Of a stretch of DNA of 64,000 nucleotides, positions 10,228 to 21,529 are shown one piece after another; position 1 is the first letter of the stretch; each line of letters opens with the position of its first letter. Position numbers and translations under genes: made by a program. The DNA is from Candidatus Raskinella chloraquaticus (GTDB lineage Bacteria > Pseudomonadota > Alphaproteobacteria > Rhizobiales > UBA4765). Under the pieces are notes generated by a model. The model worked only from the letters and a program-made list of their open reading frames with translations, did not search any database and was not told where the DNA came from. Where the stretch lies: NCBI GenBank assembly GCA_002365175.1, contig DEZK01000016.1, positions 1,352 to 65,351 on the forward strand. Direction: 5' to 3'.

Positions 10228-11382
10228 TTATCCCTGCAGGGCTCTGAGTTGAACAGGTATCGGATCCCAGCGCGCCAGACGGTCCAGGAGCATCCCCGTG
10301 CTGCCATCTGTCAGGGCTGCGATCTGGGCGGCGCCTATATGGCGGGTAAAGGGGTAGGTATCTTTCAGCCCCTCGGCGCCCATCGCATGCAACATTGCCG
10401 GGAGCTGAGCTTGGGCCAGCGAGACAGCGTTGACCTTGGCGGCAGCAGCGAGATGACGTGCATCTCCGCCTGCTTCTGTAGCAATGATGGCTGTTTCGAC
10501 CAGCGCCCAGGCTGCCGCGAGTTGTGTTGCGCATCTGGCCAATGGCTCACGCCATGTGGGCTGCTGGTCAAGCGGTTTGCCGAAACTCTGTCGGGTTTCG
10601 CCATGGGTGCGGGCCAGGCGCAGGCCAGCCGACACCATCGCGCAGCACATGGCCGCGACATAGATCCGAGCACCGTTGATCTCGGAGAGTATCGCCTTGA
10701 AGGCGGTGCCAGCGGGCAGAATGGCGTGCTCGCTTGGTGCAAAATACTGGTTCAACCGGAAGCCTCCGGTTCCGATGCTGGCCTGCGAGAATCCTGATTC
10801 GATTGCATAACGCTCGCAACAAGGGTTCGTCAGATCGACGAGAAACGCTGCTATGCCTGTGGCGTCGCTATGCTCGCCGGTTTGTGCATAGACGATGGAT
10901 AAGCGGGCATGCCGGGCGTTGACGATCCACGTCTTCTCGCCATCAAGGATCCATCCACACTCCGTCGGCCGCGCCGTACAGCGCATGGCGGCGGCATCAG
11001 AGCCTGCCGAGGGTTCAGTCAGGGCCGTGCAGGCAGAGGCACGCCCCGCGATGAGATCAGGCACCAGCGTGCGAGCGACGGCCTCCGGTGCTGTGACGGC
11101 GATACGCTTGGCAACATTGTGGGTGTTGACCAGCGACATCGCGAGACCAAAGTCCGCAGCAGCGATGATAGCGCACGCCTCGACCTTTGTGTGAAAGCTT
11201 AGGCCCATGCCACCCGATGCGACGGGTATCTCGATGCGTGTGAGGCCGATCCTGGCAGCATGCAAGGCGACCGCAGGGTCGATTGCCTCGCCGCGCGCCC
11301 ATGCGGCGGTATGCTTTTCCACATGAGTACGAGCAAACGCCCGGACATCCGCCAGAAAGTCTGCGGCAACGTCATGCGCCAT
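10228..11382 (-). CDS. Acyl-CoA dehydrogenase family protein (Asp at the usual catalytic Glu position)
   Basis: ALTEPSAGSD, LDGEKTWIVN, RQSFGKPL, MGAEG; LTDGS in place of IYEGT. Confidence 0.88.
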   Translation of the reverse strand: MAHDVAADFLADVRAFARTHVEKHTAAWARGEAIDPAVALHAARIGLTRIEIPVASGGMGLSFHTKVEACAIIAAADFGLAMSLVNTHNVAKRIAVTAPEAVARTLVPDLIAGRASACTALTEPSAGSDAAAMRCTARPTECGWILDGEKTWIVNARHARLSIVYAQTGEHSDATGIAAFLVDLTNPCCERYAIESGFSQASIGTGGFRLNQYFAPSEHAILPAGTAFKAILSEINGARIYVAAMCCAMVSAGLRLARTHGETRQSFGKPLDQQPTWREPLARCATQLAAAWALVETAIIATEAGGDARHLAAAAKVNAVSLAQAQLPAMLHAMGAEGLKDTYPFTRHIGAAQIAALTDGSTGMLLDRLARWDPIPVQLRALQG

Positions 11383-12319
11383 GGCGCAAACCCTTGCCGC
11401 TGAGCCTGCAGATCAACGCCTTGCAAACCCCGACTATGCCGATCGGCATGAAGATGGTCGCAAGCACGAGGATCAACCCGTAGAGGATCAGGCGGAAGCT
11501 ATCCGCAAAGCGCAGCAATTCGGGCAGGAAGACAACCAGGAAGGCACCGATTACTGGCCCTGCGATTGTGCCTGACCCTCCAAGGATCACCGCGAGAATG
11601 GCATCGAGCGACTGCGCAACGCCGAAGATCTCCGGATTGATGAAGCCCTGGAAGTGAGCATACAGCGCTCCGGCGAGGCCGGCATACATCGCAGAAACCA
11701 CGAAGGCGAAGAGCTTGTACTTCCATGCAGCAATGCCGATAGAGCCGACCAGATCTTCATTCTGTCGAATGGCTAGCAGTATTTCTCCAACGCGTGAGCG
11801 CGCAATCAGCGCAGCTAACAGAGTCAGAAATGCTGCAAGCAGCAGGACAAGATAGAAATATGCATCACGACTGCCGCCCCAGAGTTTGGGGATGTTCGAA
11901 ATTCCGGTCTCCCCGTTCGTCAACTCCTTGTAGTTTACCAGAACGATGACGATGATGAGGTTGAACGCCAGCGTGACGATGGCGAAGTAATGGCCTTTGA
12001 TCCGAAGGCTCGGGTAGCCAGTGGCAAGCGCAAACAGCGCAGTCACCATGGGTGCCATCGCGATCGTCACCCAGGTCGGCAGATGCAAATGAAGGCCGAG
12101 AAGCGTCGAGCTGTAGGCACCGATTCCCATGAATCCTGCGCCAACGATGGAGACATAGCCGGTGTATCCCTGAATGAGGTTCTGCCCCTGCGCCATGATC
12201 ACCCAGATCAATGCCAGTATGCTCAGATGCAGGTAATATTTCACGGTAATCAGCTGTGGCAGCATGGCCAGCGTTGCAAAGGCAGCGAGCCATGCCAGAA
12301 ATGTCAGCGTCCGGTTCAT
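11372..12319 (-). CDS. Branched-chain amino acid-type ABC permease (LivM-like)
   Basis: GYTGYVS, LRIKGHYFAIVTLAF, TNGETG, ILGGSGT..GP. Confidence 0.92.
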   Translation of the reverse strand: MNRTLTFLAWLAAFATLAMLPQLITVKYYLHLSILALIWVIMAQGQNLIQGYTGYVSIVGAGFMGIGAYSSTLLGLHLHLPTWVTIAMAPMVTALFALATGYPSLRIKGHYFAIVTLAFNLIIVIVLVNYKELTNGETGISNIPKLWGGSRDAYFYLVLLLAAFLTLLAALIARSRVGEILLAIRQNEDLVGSIGIAAWKYKLFAFVVSAMYAGLAGALYAHFQGFINPEIFGVAQSLDAILAVILGGSGTIAGPVIGAFLVVFLPELLRFADSFRLILYGLILVLATIFMPIGIVGVCKALICRLSGKGLRHGA

Positions 12320-13179
12320 GGTGAGCGCCCCAGCAATCCCTGCGGACGGATCAGCAAGACGAGGATCATCACCACAAAAGCGATGACATCCTTGTAGGCC
12401 GACGAAATGAAGCCAGCAGCGATGGACTCGGTAATGCCGAGTACAGTGCCGCCAAGGATGGCCCCCGGGAACGAGCCGAGACCGCCAAGGATCAGGACTG
12501 CGAAGCCCTTGACCACAAAGCCCTCGCCGATGCCGGGGGCAATTGCAAACAGCGCCCCGACCATGATGCCGGCGGCAACGCCGAGCGATGTCGAAATGCC
12601 GAATACGATCAGCGGGATGGACTTGACATTGACGCCCATCAGGATCGCCGCGTCGCGGTTTTCCGCGACGGCCCGGATGGCTTGCCCGGTCTTGGTGCGT
12701 TCAACGAACAGCATCATCGCCGCAACCAGCACGATCGCTGCGATGATCACATAGATGCGCAACTCCGGAACTGTGACGCCGCCAAGCCTAAACACCCTGC
12801 TCAAGCCTGTCGGAATGACAACCTGTTCATGCCCGAACATTTGGAGATTGATGCCCTCGACCATCATGGTGAGGCCGAGGGCGACGATGAAGGCGTTGAT
12901 GTGGTTGGCATCGCGCACCGGACGATAGGCGATGATCTCGATCAACAGTCCAAGCAGGAACCCAACCACAAGCGCTATTGGGATCGCCACAAGAACCGGC
13001 AATCCCTGTGATGTCACCAAGAAAAAGGTGAGATAGCCGCCGAACATGGACACCGAACCATGGGCAAAATGGGCGATTCCAAGGATGCCAAAAACAGTGG
13101 TAAGGCCGAGTGCGATCAGCACATAGACTCCGCCGATCGCCAGACCGTTGATTGTCTGCTGGAGAATTTCGATCAGCAT
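12316..13179 (-). CDS. Branched-chain amino acid-type ABC permease (LivH-like)
   Basis: NGLAIGGVYVLIALGL, HFAHG, GQAIRAVAEN, LGGLGS, RPQGLLG. Confidence 0.93.
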   Translation of the reverse strand: MLIEILQQTINGLAIGGVYVLIALGLTTVFGILGIAHFAHGSVSMFGGYLTFFLVTSQGLPVLVAIPIALVVGFLLGLLIEIIAYRPVRDANHINAFIVALGLTMMVEGINLQMFGHEQVVIPTGLSRVFRLGGVTVPELRIYVIIAAIVLVAAMMLFVERTKTGQAIRAVAENRDAAILMGVNVKSIPLIVFGISTSLGVAAGIMVGALFAIAPGIGEGFVVKGFAVLILGGLGSFPGAILGGTVLGITESIAAGFISSAYKDVIAFVVMILVLLIRPQGLLGRSP

Positions 13180-13192
13180 CGGCCTGCCGACC

Positions 13193-14407
13193 TCAGTTCA
13201 GCGTGCTGAGGAACACTGAATAGGCTTTCGCATCCGAGGGCAGTTCCTCGACGAAGACCCACTTGCCCTTCTGCCACTGGAATGCACCGTTAGCGGTGTA
13301 GGCCTGCCCATTGACGTCGAACATCTTCCCGTCGACGGGCTGATACTGCATCACCACTTGTGACGGAATGGCGAGGGCGCGAATGGCCTTGGCCACGGCC
13401 GCCGTATCGTCGACCGTTCCTGATGCCTCAATTGCAGCCTTGAGCACGTAAAGCTGGTCATAGGCATAAGGAGAGCTCGGCGACGGCGAGGCGTTGTATT
13501 TCTTTGAATAGTTTGCGTGGTAAGCGATGCCGTTCTTGCTGGCGGAAAGCAGGTCCAGTTCTGTCGGGCGCAGATCCCACACACCCTCCATTTGCTCAGA
13601 TGTCGTCACCCGCAGAAACTGTTCTTCGCTGCCACTAGTGAAGCCGTAGCGCGGAATGACCATCCCCAATTCGACCGCCTGCCGATAGACGAAGGCAGCG
13701 GATTCGACATAGCCGACCACAAGGATGGCATCCGGGTTGAGCGCACGTATCTTGGTCAGCTGCGGGGTCATGTCGCGGTCCCTGAGCGTGAAGACTTCCC
13801 GAGCGATGATCTCCGAACCGACCTTCTTCAACTCGCGTTCGACCGAATCGACATACTGAGCGTAAAAGCCGACATCGAGCGCGCCAATGACGGCAATCCG
13901 CTTCTGGCCCTTTCGAGCGATAAATGTGCCAGCTGCCTGACCGGTAAAGTCAGCTGGCGGGCGGGTCCGCACGAGATTGGGGATCTTCTTGGTGGTGATT
14001 GAGCGCTCCGCTGCATTGCCCACCAGCATCACTGCGTTCTCGTTGCCGATGAAGGACGCGACCGCGCTGGTCGAGCCCGAGCAGCAGAAACCCAGTATGT
14101 ACTTGACGCCATCGCGATCAATCAGCTTGCGGACGGCATTCGTTGCTTCGGTCGGGTTGGCCTTGTCATCATAGGCGATGACGTCGATCTTGTAGGTGTC
14201 CGAGCCAACCTTGATACCGCCGGCAGCGTTGATCTCGTCAGCCGCCATCCTCACGGCATTGGCCTGCGGCAGTCCGTAAACCGCGCCACCGCCGGTCAGG
14301 GCATCGGCAACGCCGATGGTCAGTTTCTTTTCGGCTGCGCAAGCCGAGGTGGTTGCCAGTGCCATTGCCAGCGCCGCTAAAGCGCCGGTCTTCACACGAT
14401 TGAACAT
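13193..14407 (-). CDS. ABC substrate-binding protein (LivK/Leu-binding family)
   Basis: Signal peptide, LTGGGAVYG, EINAAGG, YDD, AYD; in LIV operon. Confidence 0.92.
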   Translation of the reverse strand: MFNRVKTGALAALAMALATTSACAAEKKLTIGVADALTGGGAVYGLPQANAVRMAADEINAAGGIKVGSDTYKIDVIAYDDKANPTEATNAVRKLIDRDGVKYILGFCCSGSTSAVASFIGNENAVMLVGNAAERSITTKKIPNLVRTRPPADFTGQAAGTFIARKGQKRIAVIGALDVGFYAQYVDSVERELKKVGSEIIAREVFTLRDRDMTPQLTKIRALNPDAILVVGYVESAAFVYRQAVELGMVIPRYGFTSGSEEQFLRVTTSEQMEGVWDLRPTELDLLSASKNGIAYHANYSKKYNASPSPSSPYAYDQLYVLKAAIEASGTVDDTAAVAKAIRALAIPSQVVMQYQPVDGKMFDVNGQAYTANGAFQWQKGKWVFVEELPSDAKAYSVFLSTLN

Positions 14408-14431
14408 TCTTTCCTCCGATTTGCTTTTTTG

Positions 14432-15133
14432 TTAGTGGCCGAGATAGGCGCGCATCACATCCGGATGGCTCTTCAACTCCTTTGCCGGGCCTTGCATGAC
14501 AATCTTGCCGGCTTCGAAGAGATAGGCCCTGTCAGCCAGGTTCAGGGCCATCATCGAATTCTGTTCAACTAGTAGGATGGTCATCCCCATGGCCTTGATC
14601 TGCGCCAGGGTTTCGAAAACGCTGGCGACAATCTTTGGAGCAAGGCCAAGGGATGGTTCGTCGAACAGGCAGATGCGCGGACGTGCCATGAGCGCCCGCG
14701 CGATGGCGAGCATTTCCTGCTCGCCACCCGAGAGCTTGCCCGCTGCCTGGGTTTGACGCTCCCTGAGGATCGGAAACATGTCCATCATGCGCACCAGATC
14801 TGCATCCTGATCCTTGTCAGTGCGGGTGTAGGCACCCATGCGCAGATTCTGGATGACGCTCATCTGCGGGAAGACCTGGCGTCCTTCGGGGCACATCGTA
14901 ATCCCGGCTCGCACAATGGCATGCCCGCTGGCGTTGGTGATGTCTCGTCCTTCGAACTGGACTGACCCGCTACCGACGGGAACGAGGCCGCAGATCGCTT
15001 TCAACGTCGAGGACTTGCCTGCCCCATTTGCGCCGATCAGCGCCACGCATTCGCCCGCCGCAACATCAAGACTGATCCCGTGGACCACCTCGATTGCGCC
15101 ATAGCTGACACGTAGATCACACAGCGCCAGCAT
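14432..15133 (-). CDS. ABC ATP-binding protein (LivF-like)
   Basis: GANGAGKS, PEGRQVF, LSGGEQ, DEPSLGLAP, YLG end; start MLALCDL. Confidence 0.93.
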   Translation of the reverse strand: MLALCDLRVSYGAIEVVHGISLDVAAGECVALIGANGAGKSSTLKAICGLVPVGSGSVQFEGRDITNASGHAIVRAGITMCPEGRQVFPQMSVIQNLRMGAYTRTDKDQDADLVRMMDMFPILRERQTQAAGKLSGGEQEMLAIARALMARPRICLFDEPSLGLAPKIVASVFETLAQIKAMGMTILLVEQNSMMALNLADRAYLFEAGKIVMQGPAKELKSHPDVMRAYLGH

Positions 15134-15134
15134 C

Positions 15135-15902
15135 TCAGGCCGCCTCGCCAAGGTAAGCGTCGATGACGGCGGGATTGGCGCGGATCTCTGCGGGGCTGCC
15201 TTCGGCAATCTTCGAACCGAAGTTCAGGACTACGATCCGGTCGCACAGAGACATGATCAAGGCCATGTGATGCTCGATGATCAGCACTGCTATTTCGCGC
15301 TTGCGGATGTTGCGAATGAGATCCGCCAAGGCTTGCCGCTCGTGCTCGACAAGCCCGGCAGCTGGCTCATCGACAAGCAAGATGCGAGGCTTTGCAGCCA
15401 GTGCGGTGGCAATCATCAGAAAGCGCTGCTGCGCCGAGGAAATGCTGCCAACCGGTCGATCGGCAATCTGCGCGAGCGTGCAAAGCTGCAAGATCCCGTC
15501 GACATGCTGATCGGTTGCGACCTGTTCCCTCGTGACCAAGCCAAAGGGCAGGATAGACGCAAAGGCGCTGGTCCTGCGGATCGTGTGACAACCCATTCTG
15601 ACATGCTGGCGGACGGTGAATTCGGGAAACAGACGGGCAGTCTGAAATGTACGTGCGAGCCCTTTGCTGACGCGGTCAGCCTCAGGCATATGCTCGATGG
15701 CGTCAGCACCAAGCCGGATCGACCCGGATGTTGGTGGCAACAGTCCGGCAAGTACATTGACCGTTGTTGATTTGCCAGAGCCGTTCGGGCCAATCAGCCC
15801 AAGGATTTCGCCGGCGCTGACATCAAACGACAGATCACGAACCGCCTTGACGCCACCAAAGCTCTTGGCGAGCAAATCAACACGGAGGATCGTTTCAGCC
15901 AT
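15135..15902 (-). CDS. ABC ATP-binding protein (LivG-like)
   Basis: KSFGG, GPNGSGKST, ARTFQ, DEPAAG, VIDAYLG. Confidence 0.93.
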   Translation of the reverse strand: MAETILRVDLLAKSFGGVKAVRDLSFDVSAGEILGLIGPNGSGKSTTVNVLAGLLPPTSGSIRLGADAIEHMPEADRVSKGLARTFQTARLFPEFTVRQHVRMGCHTIRRTSAFASILPFGLVTREQVATDQHVDGILQLCTLAQIADRPVGSISSAQQRFLMIATALAAKPRILLVDEPAAGLVEHERQALADLIRNIRKREIAVLIIEHHMALIMSLCDRIVVLNFGSKIAEGSPAEIRANPAVIDAYLGEAA

Positions 15903-16040
15903 CGTGCGATACCGTCGGAAGAAAACACCTGAACGGATGTTATGCGCCGCCGATGTTATCGAGTATCCGAAAGATTGGCGCTAGATATTCAATTTTTCGA
16001 TGATACCATCCGGCCAGAATGAGAGCGCTCAAGGCTGCAG

Positions 16041-16928
16041 ATGGTCCGGATCCGCAATATCAATTCCATTCATGTTTTCGACAGCGTCGCCCGCTTTGGC
16101 AGCGTGACCAAGGCGGCACGACACTATGGCAGTACGCAGAGTTCGGTCAGCTATCACATCAAGAAACTCGAGGCGGATCTTGGCGTTTCGCTCTTCAGTC
16201 GGACCGCCCATGGCCTTGAGTTGACCGACGAGGGAGTGACCCTCGCCAGCCATGTCGATGCCGGACTGCAGCGTATTGGCGAGGGCATCGAGCTCGTAAC
16301 GCGGCGGAAAACCAATGTCCGAGTTGCGCTCGTTCCGATGTTCGCGAGCCGCCTTGTCTCCGCGAATATGAGCCGGTTGCAACAGTCCTGTCCTGACATC
16401 GAGGTCATCCTGCTTAATCACAACAACACATTTGTCGATTTTGACGACCCGCGCGCGTTTGCCGATTTTGGCATTCAATGGGGCAAGGGTAACTGGTCAA
16501 ACGTCGATGCGATAAAGTTGTGGGACGAGCGACTGGTTGCGGTTTGCAGCCCCGAGTATCGTGACAGGGTCACGATCGAAGTTCCTCGCGACGTCGAGCG
16601 CTGTAGGTTGCTCCATGTCGATGACAAGCGAATGTGGGCGGAATGGATGGCCGGCTGCGGCACCGCACTGCGTACGGATCAGCCAAGCATGATGCTTGAA
16701 GATCGTCACTTCCAACTCAGCGCGACAATCAACGGCCTCGGGATTTCGCTCTTTGCCAAGTGGCTCGTTCAGGGCGAGTTGACGTCAGGAGCCCTCGTCA
16801 ATCCGTTCGGGCAATCCTATCCAACCGACTTCAGCTACTATCTCGTGACTCCCAAAGGTCCGCCCTTGTCACCCGGTGCAAGACGGGTGCGTGACTGGTT
16901 CTTGACGCTCTCGGTTGAAGCCATTTGA
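16041..16928 (+). CDS. LysR-family transcriptional regulator (GcvA-like), divergent from LIV operon
   Basis: N-terminal LysR HTH (TQSSVSYHIKKLE..LG..LF.R), LTDEG, VCSPEY, LLH. Confidence 0.93.
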   Translation: MVRIRNINSIHVFDSVARFGSVTKAARHYGSTQSSVSYHIKKLEADLGVSLFSRTAHGLELTDEGVTLASHVDAGLQRIGEGIELVTRRKTNVRVALVPMFASRLVSANMSRLQQSCPDIEVILLNHNNTFVDFDDPRAFADFGIQWGKGNWSNVDAIKLWDERLVAVCSPEYRDRVTIEVPRDVERCRLLHVDDKRMWAEWMAGCGTALRTDQPSMMLEDRHFQLSATINGLGISLFAKWLVQGELTSGALVNPFGQSYPTDFSYYLVTPKGPPLSPGARRVRDWFLTLSVEAI

Positions 16929-17273
16929 TCAGCCTGCTCTCCGAAGGTGAATTGATCAACTGCGAAAGCCGGTCCTGCAATGACTTGCGCACCGGTTTCA
17001 TGTAAGCGCTTCGCCATTTTCTTTGGATTGATCAACGATGCTTGCGACGACTACGCGCAGGATTTTTGTGGCGCGTTCGCCCCAAGCTTCCGAGCATGCG
17101 AGGAGCGAGTTATCGTCATCTCCCAGAAACGCCTCTCCACACAGATTGAGCGAGGCTATCCAGCCAATTGCTGTGGAAACTCTGCACCTGGAGCGGATCT
17201 CAACTTGACCGAGCGAACTCGAAAACGGGGCTCAAAAGTCGGCTTCCTGGCATACGCCCTGGAACATGATCAC

Positions 17274-18269
17274 TCAGCAAAGCAGAACGAGCTTTGAAGC
17301 GCCGGAAGTGCCCTCGTCTATGTCCCGGAATGCTTTCGCGCCATCCTCCAGCGGACATTCCGAGAACCATTTCAGCGCGCCAAGCGCGCCCGCCGCCAAA
17401 GCATCCACAGTCTGATGGAAGTCGATGGGCGTATAGCAATAGGTGCCAGTGACCGTGACTTCCTGGAGCGTGATCTTGCGGACGTCAAGCCCATCCAAGC
17501 CAGGCAGCAACCCCGCGTGGACAATGACGCCCCCAGGGCGGACCATGGCGCAGGCGCACGCACGCGTTGCAGATGCTCCAACAGCGTCGATCACCAGATC
17601 GATGCTGTTGGCCTGAGGTTCACCGAGGGTGCCCGGCGCATAGACATCGAAGCCCTCCTGATCGGCAATGGCCATCTGCCGGAGCACGTTCGGCTCGGCA
17701 ATGCGGACATCCCTTGCGCCGAAATGCCGTGCCACGATGGCGGATGCCAATCCGATCGCGCCCCCCCCAAGTATGACAACGCGGCATGCAGCAAGCGGTT
17801 GGTGCACGCGCTCAGCGCCCAACCTCACCGCGTGCCAGGCCACAGCCACCGGCTCGGCCAGTGCGGCATGTGAGATGGGCATGTGATCTGGAATGGCGAC
17901 GACGTTGCGCTCGGGGATGCGGACCAACTCGGCAAACGCACCGGAGCGCGGCGGCATCGAGATGATCTGCCGCGTCGGTGACAGATGCCAACGCCCTTCG
18001 ATCGCGTAGGGGCATGAGGGGTCCACCACCAGCGGGTTGATGGTGACGCGCTCACCGTCGCGTGCGCCACCGACGATGCGGCCTGCAGCCTCGTGGCCGA
18101 GGATCAGCGGGGCGGGGCGACGGCTGTCATGGCCGTGATACGCGTGCATGTCTGAGCCGCAAATGCCGACAGCTTCGACGCGGACAACAAGTTCACCGGG
18201 TTCCGCCACCGGATCCGGCTCCTCACGATAGACGAGGCTGTTCGGGCCGGTATAAACGAGCGCTTTCAT
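17274..18269 (-). CDS. hpsP: Zn-dependent dehydrogenase, probable DHPS 2-dehydrogenase
   Basis: GICGSD, LILGHE catalytic Zn ligands, GGGAIG; follows hpsN-hpsO in the known hpsNOP order; structural-Zn Cys cluster degenerate. Confidence 0.78.
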   Translation of the reverse strand: MKALVYTGPNSLVYREEPDPVAEPGELVVRVEAVGICGSDMHAYHGHDSRRPAPLILGHEAAGRIVGGARDGERVTINPLVVDPSCPYAIEGRWHLSPTRQIISMPPRSGAFAELVRIPERNVVAIPDHMPISHAALAEPVAVAWHAVRLGAERVHQPLAACRVVILGGGAIGLASAIVARHFGARDVRIAEPNVLRQMAIADQEGFDVYAPGTLGEPQANSIDLVIDAVGASATRACACAMVRPGGVIVHAGLLPGLDGLDVRKITLQEVTVTGTYCYTPIDFHQTVDALAAGALGALKWFSECPLEDGAKAFRDIDEGTSGASKLVLLC

Positions 18270-18280
18270 CAAGTGACGTC

Positions 18281-19054
18281 CTATTTCGCTGTGAAGCCGC
18301 CGTCGACAGCCAGCGTCTGTCCGGTGATGTATGCCGAAGCGACGGACGCAAGAAACACCGTCGCACCCGCGAGATCATCGAGCGCACCATTCCTGCCGAT
18401 GGCGGTCTGCGCGGCGTTCTTGGCGGCACGCTCGGGGTCGTTGAATACAGGCTCGGTCAGAGGCGTCGGAAAGAAGCCGGGCGCGATTGCGTTGCAGGTG
18501 ATGCCGTGGCGCGACCATTCCTCGGCAATGGCGCGCGTGAGTTGGACGATGCCACCCTTGGCTGCTCCATAGGGCGCGGAATTCGGAAAGGCCCGCGTGC
18601 TCTGCAACGATGCCAGGTTGATGATACGGCCGTGCCCGCGGGCCGCCATCGCTGGGGCCAGACTTTGCGTCAGCAGGAAGGGTGCGCGCAGGTGCAGCGC
18701 CAGGTGGAGATCGAACGCTTCGGCGCTGACCTCTATGAAAGGCTGACGCAGGTTGATCCCGGCGGCATTGACGAGAATGTCTGGCGAAATCTGCAAACCC
18801 TCGAGCCCATGCGCAACGACATCAGCGCAATCGGACGCTGCCAGATCAACTGCAAGCCCGCTGACAGCGATATCTTCGAGCATCAGGCCGGCAACGGCCT
18901 CGGCGGTCTGCTCCTGTCGCCTTGCTGCCAGCACGATGCTCGCACCGGCCAGCCCCAGCGCCCGCGCCATGGCGAGGCCAATGCCGCTATTGCCGCCGGT
19001 GACAAGCGCGGTCCGCCCGGTCAGGTCGAAGAGGTGGCCAAGCCGGAAGCCCAA
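18281..19054 (-). CDS. hpsO: Short-chain dehydrogenase, probable DHPS 2-dehydrogenase
   Basis: [20 protein letters not shown]; directly downstream of hpsN. Confidence 0.78.
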   Translation of the reverse strand: MGFRLGHLFDLTGRTALVTGGNSGIGLAMARALGLAGASIVLAARRQEQTAEAVAGLMLEDIAVSGLAVDLAASDCADVVAHGLEGLQISPDILVNAAGINLRQPFIEVSAEAFDLHLALHLRAPFLLTQSLAPAMAARGHGRIINLASLQSTRAFPNSAPYGAAKGGIVQLTRAIAEEWSRHGITCNAIAPGFFPTPLTEPVFNDPERAAKNAAQTAIGRNGALDDLAGATVFLASVASAYITGQTLAVDGGFTAK

Positions 19055-20431
<1,377 letters not shown>

Positions 20432-21481
20432 TCACTTCTTGTCGAACTCGGTGGCGAAGGCCTTCAGCTTCGGGTCAGCCGCAACGCGCTTTAGGAAGTC
20501 GTCAGTGATGTAACCCTTGGCGTCCGGATTGGAGGGAATGGTGCCGACCTCGGTGATGAACTTGCCGATTTCGGAGAACCAGCCATCGACCGTGGAGCCC
20601 GCAGCGCCGCGGGCCATGATTTTCAGCTGTTCGTCGAGACCGAAGGTCGGACGCAGGGCGAATTCCTGATCCATGGCGCGGGCAGACACTTCGAGGCCGC
20701 CTTGCTTGTAGAAATCAAGCGCGAGGGTGCGGGCTTCTGCCGGGTTAGCCTTAGCCCATGACCAGCCGCGCAGGAACACGGCGAGGAACTTGGCCACCTC
20801 ATCCGGGCGCTCCTTGGCAAAGTCGCCGCGCACGATCAACGCACCGGGTACGATGGCATCGGCATCGCCGCCGGAACAGAGATACCTGGCGCCAGCCCGC
20901 TCTTCGAGCGTGTAGGTGTTTGGAGCCCAGACGCCGGCGAAGTCACCGTTGTTCGATGTCAGCGCCGTGATGATTTGCGCTTGACCGAGGTTGACGAACT
21001 GCATGTCATTGGCAGCAAGGCCCAACTTCACTAGGCACTTGCGCGATGCGTAATCGACCGTCGAATTAGTGGTCAGCAATAGGCGCTGGCCTTTGAGGAG
21101 TTGTGGGTTGGCCTTGATGGCATCGAAGCGCTCGCCGCGGACCATCATGGCATTTGTCTTGGATTCATCATTGGTGATGCCGATGGTGAGGATGTTGAAG
21201 CGCACCGCGCCCAGCACCGCCGGAACCGAGCCCGTGCCGCCGACATCCCATGACTTGGAAGGGGCTGCCGCAATCTGCGGTGCACCAGCCGGAAAGGTGG
21301 TGAAGTTCGGCGCAAGGCCAACATCCTTCCACCAACCCTTGACGTTGGCATAGTGGAAAGGCAGCGCCCAATAGAGCGACGGCTGGTAGCTGACGCCGAT
21401 TGGCGCCGGTGTCTGGGCACTGGCAGGCGCGGCCCCCATCAGCGCTGCTGCGAGCGCAAAGCCTGCGAAAATTGTCCTCAT
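20432..21481 (-). CDS. ABC substrate-binding protein (TauA/SsuA/NMT1-like), probable sulfonate binding
   Basis: Signal peptide, F.AGAPQIAA, G.VPA, WAP motif; inside hps operon. Confidence 0.85.
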   Translation of the reverse strand: MRTIFAGFALAAALMGAAPASAQTPAPIGVSYQPSLYWALPFHYANVKGWWKDVGLAPNFTTFPAGAPQIAAAPSKSWDVGGTGSVPAVLGAVRFNILTIGITNDESKTNAMMVRGERFDAIKANPQLLKGQRLLLTTNSTVDYASRKCLVKLGLAANDMQFVNLGQAQIITALTSNNGDFAGVWAPNTYTLEERAGARYLCSGGDADAIVPGALIVRGDFAKERPDEVAKFLAVFLRGWSWAKANPAEARTLALDFYKQGGLEVSARAMDQEFALRPTFGLDEQLKIMARGAAGSTVDGWFSEIGKFITEVGTIPSNPDAKGYITDDFLKRVAADPKLKAFATEFDKK

Positions 21482-21529
21482 GGTACTGTCTCCCCTGGTG
21501 TTGACTGGCTTGGCGTCAATTACGCGTTG

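Noticed and set aside
16930-17270. Spacer between LysR and hpsP as gene relic or cassette end matching 26480-26497
   Set aside because: Only a 7-bp TCGGCTT match and short unrecognisable frames; too weak
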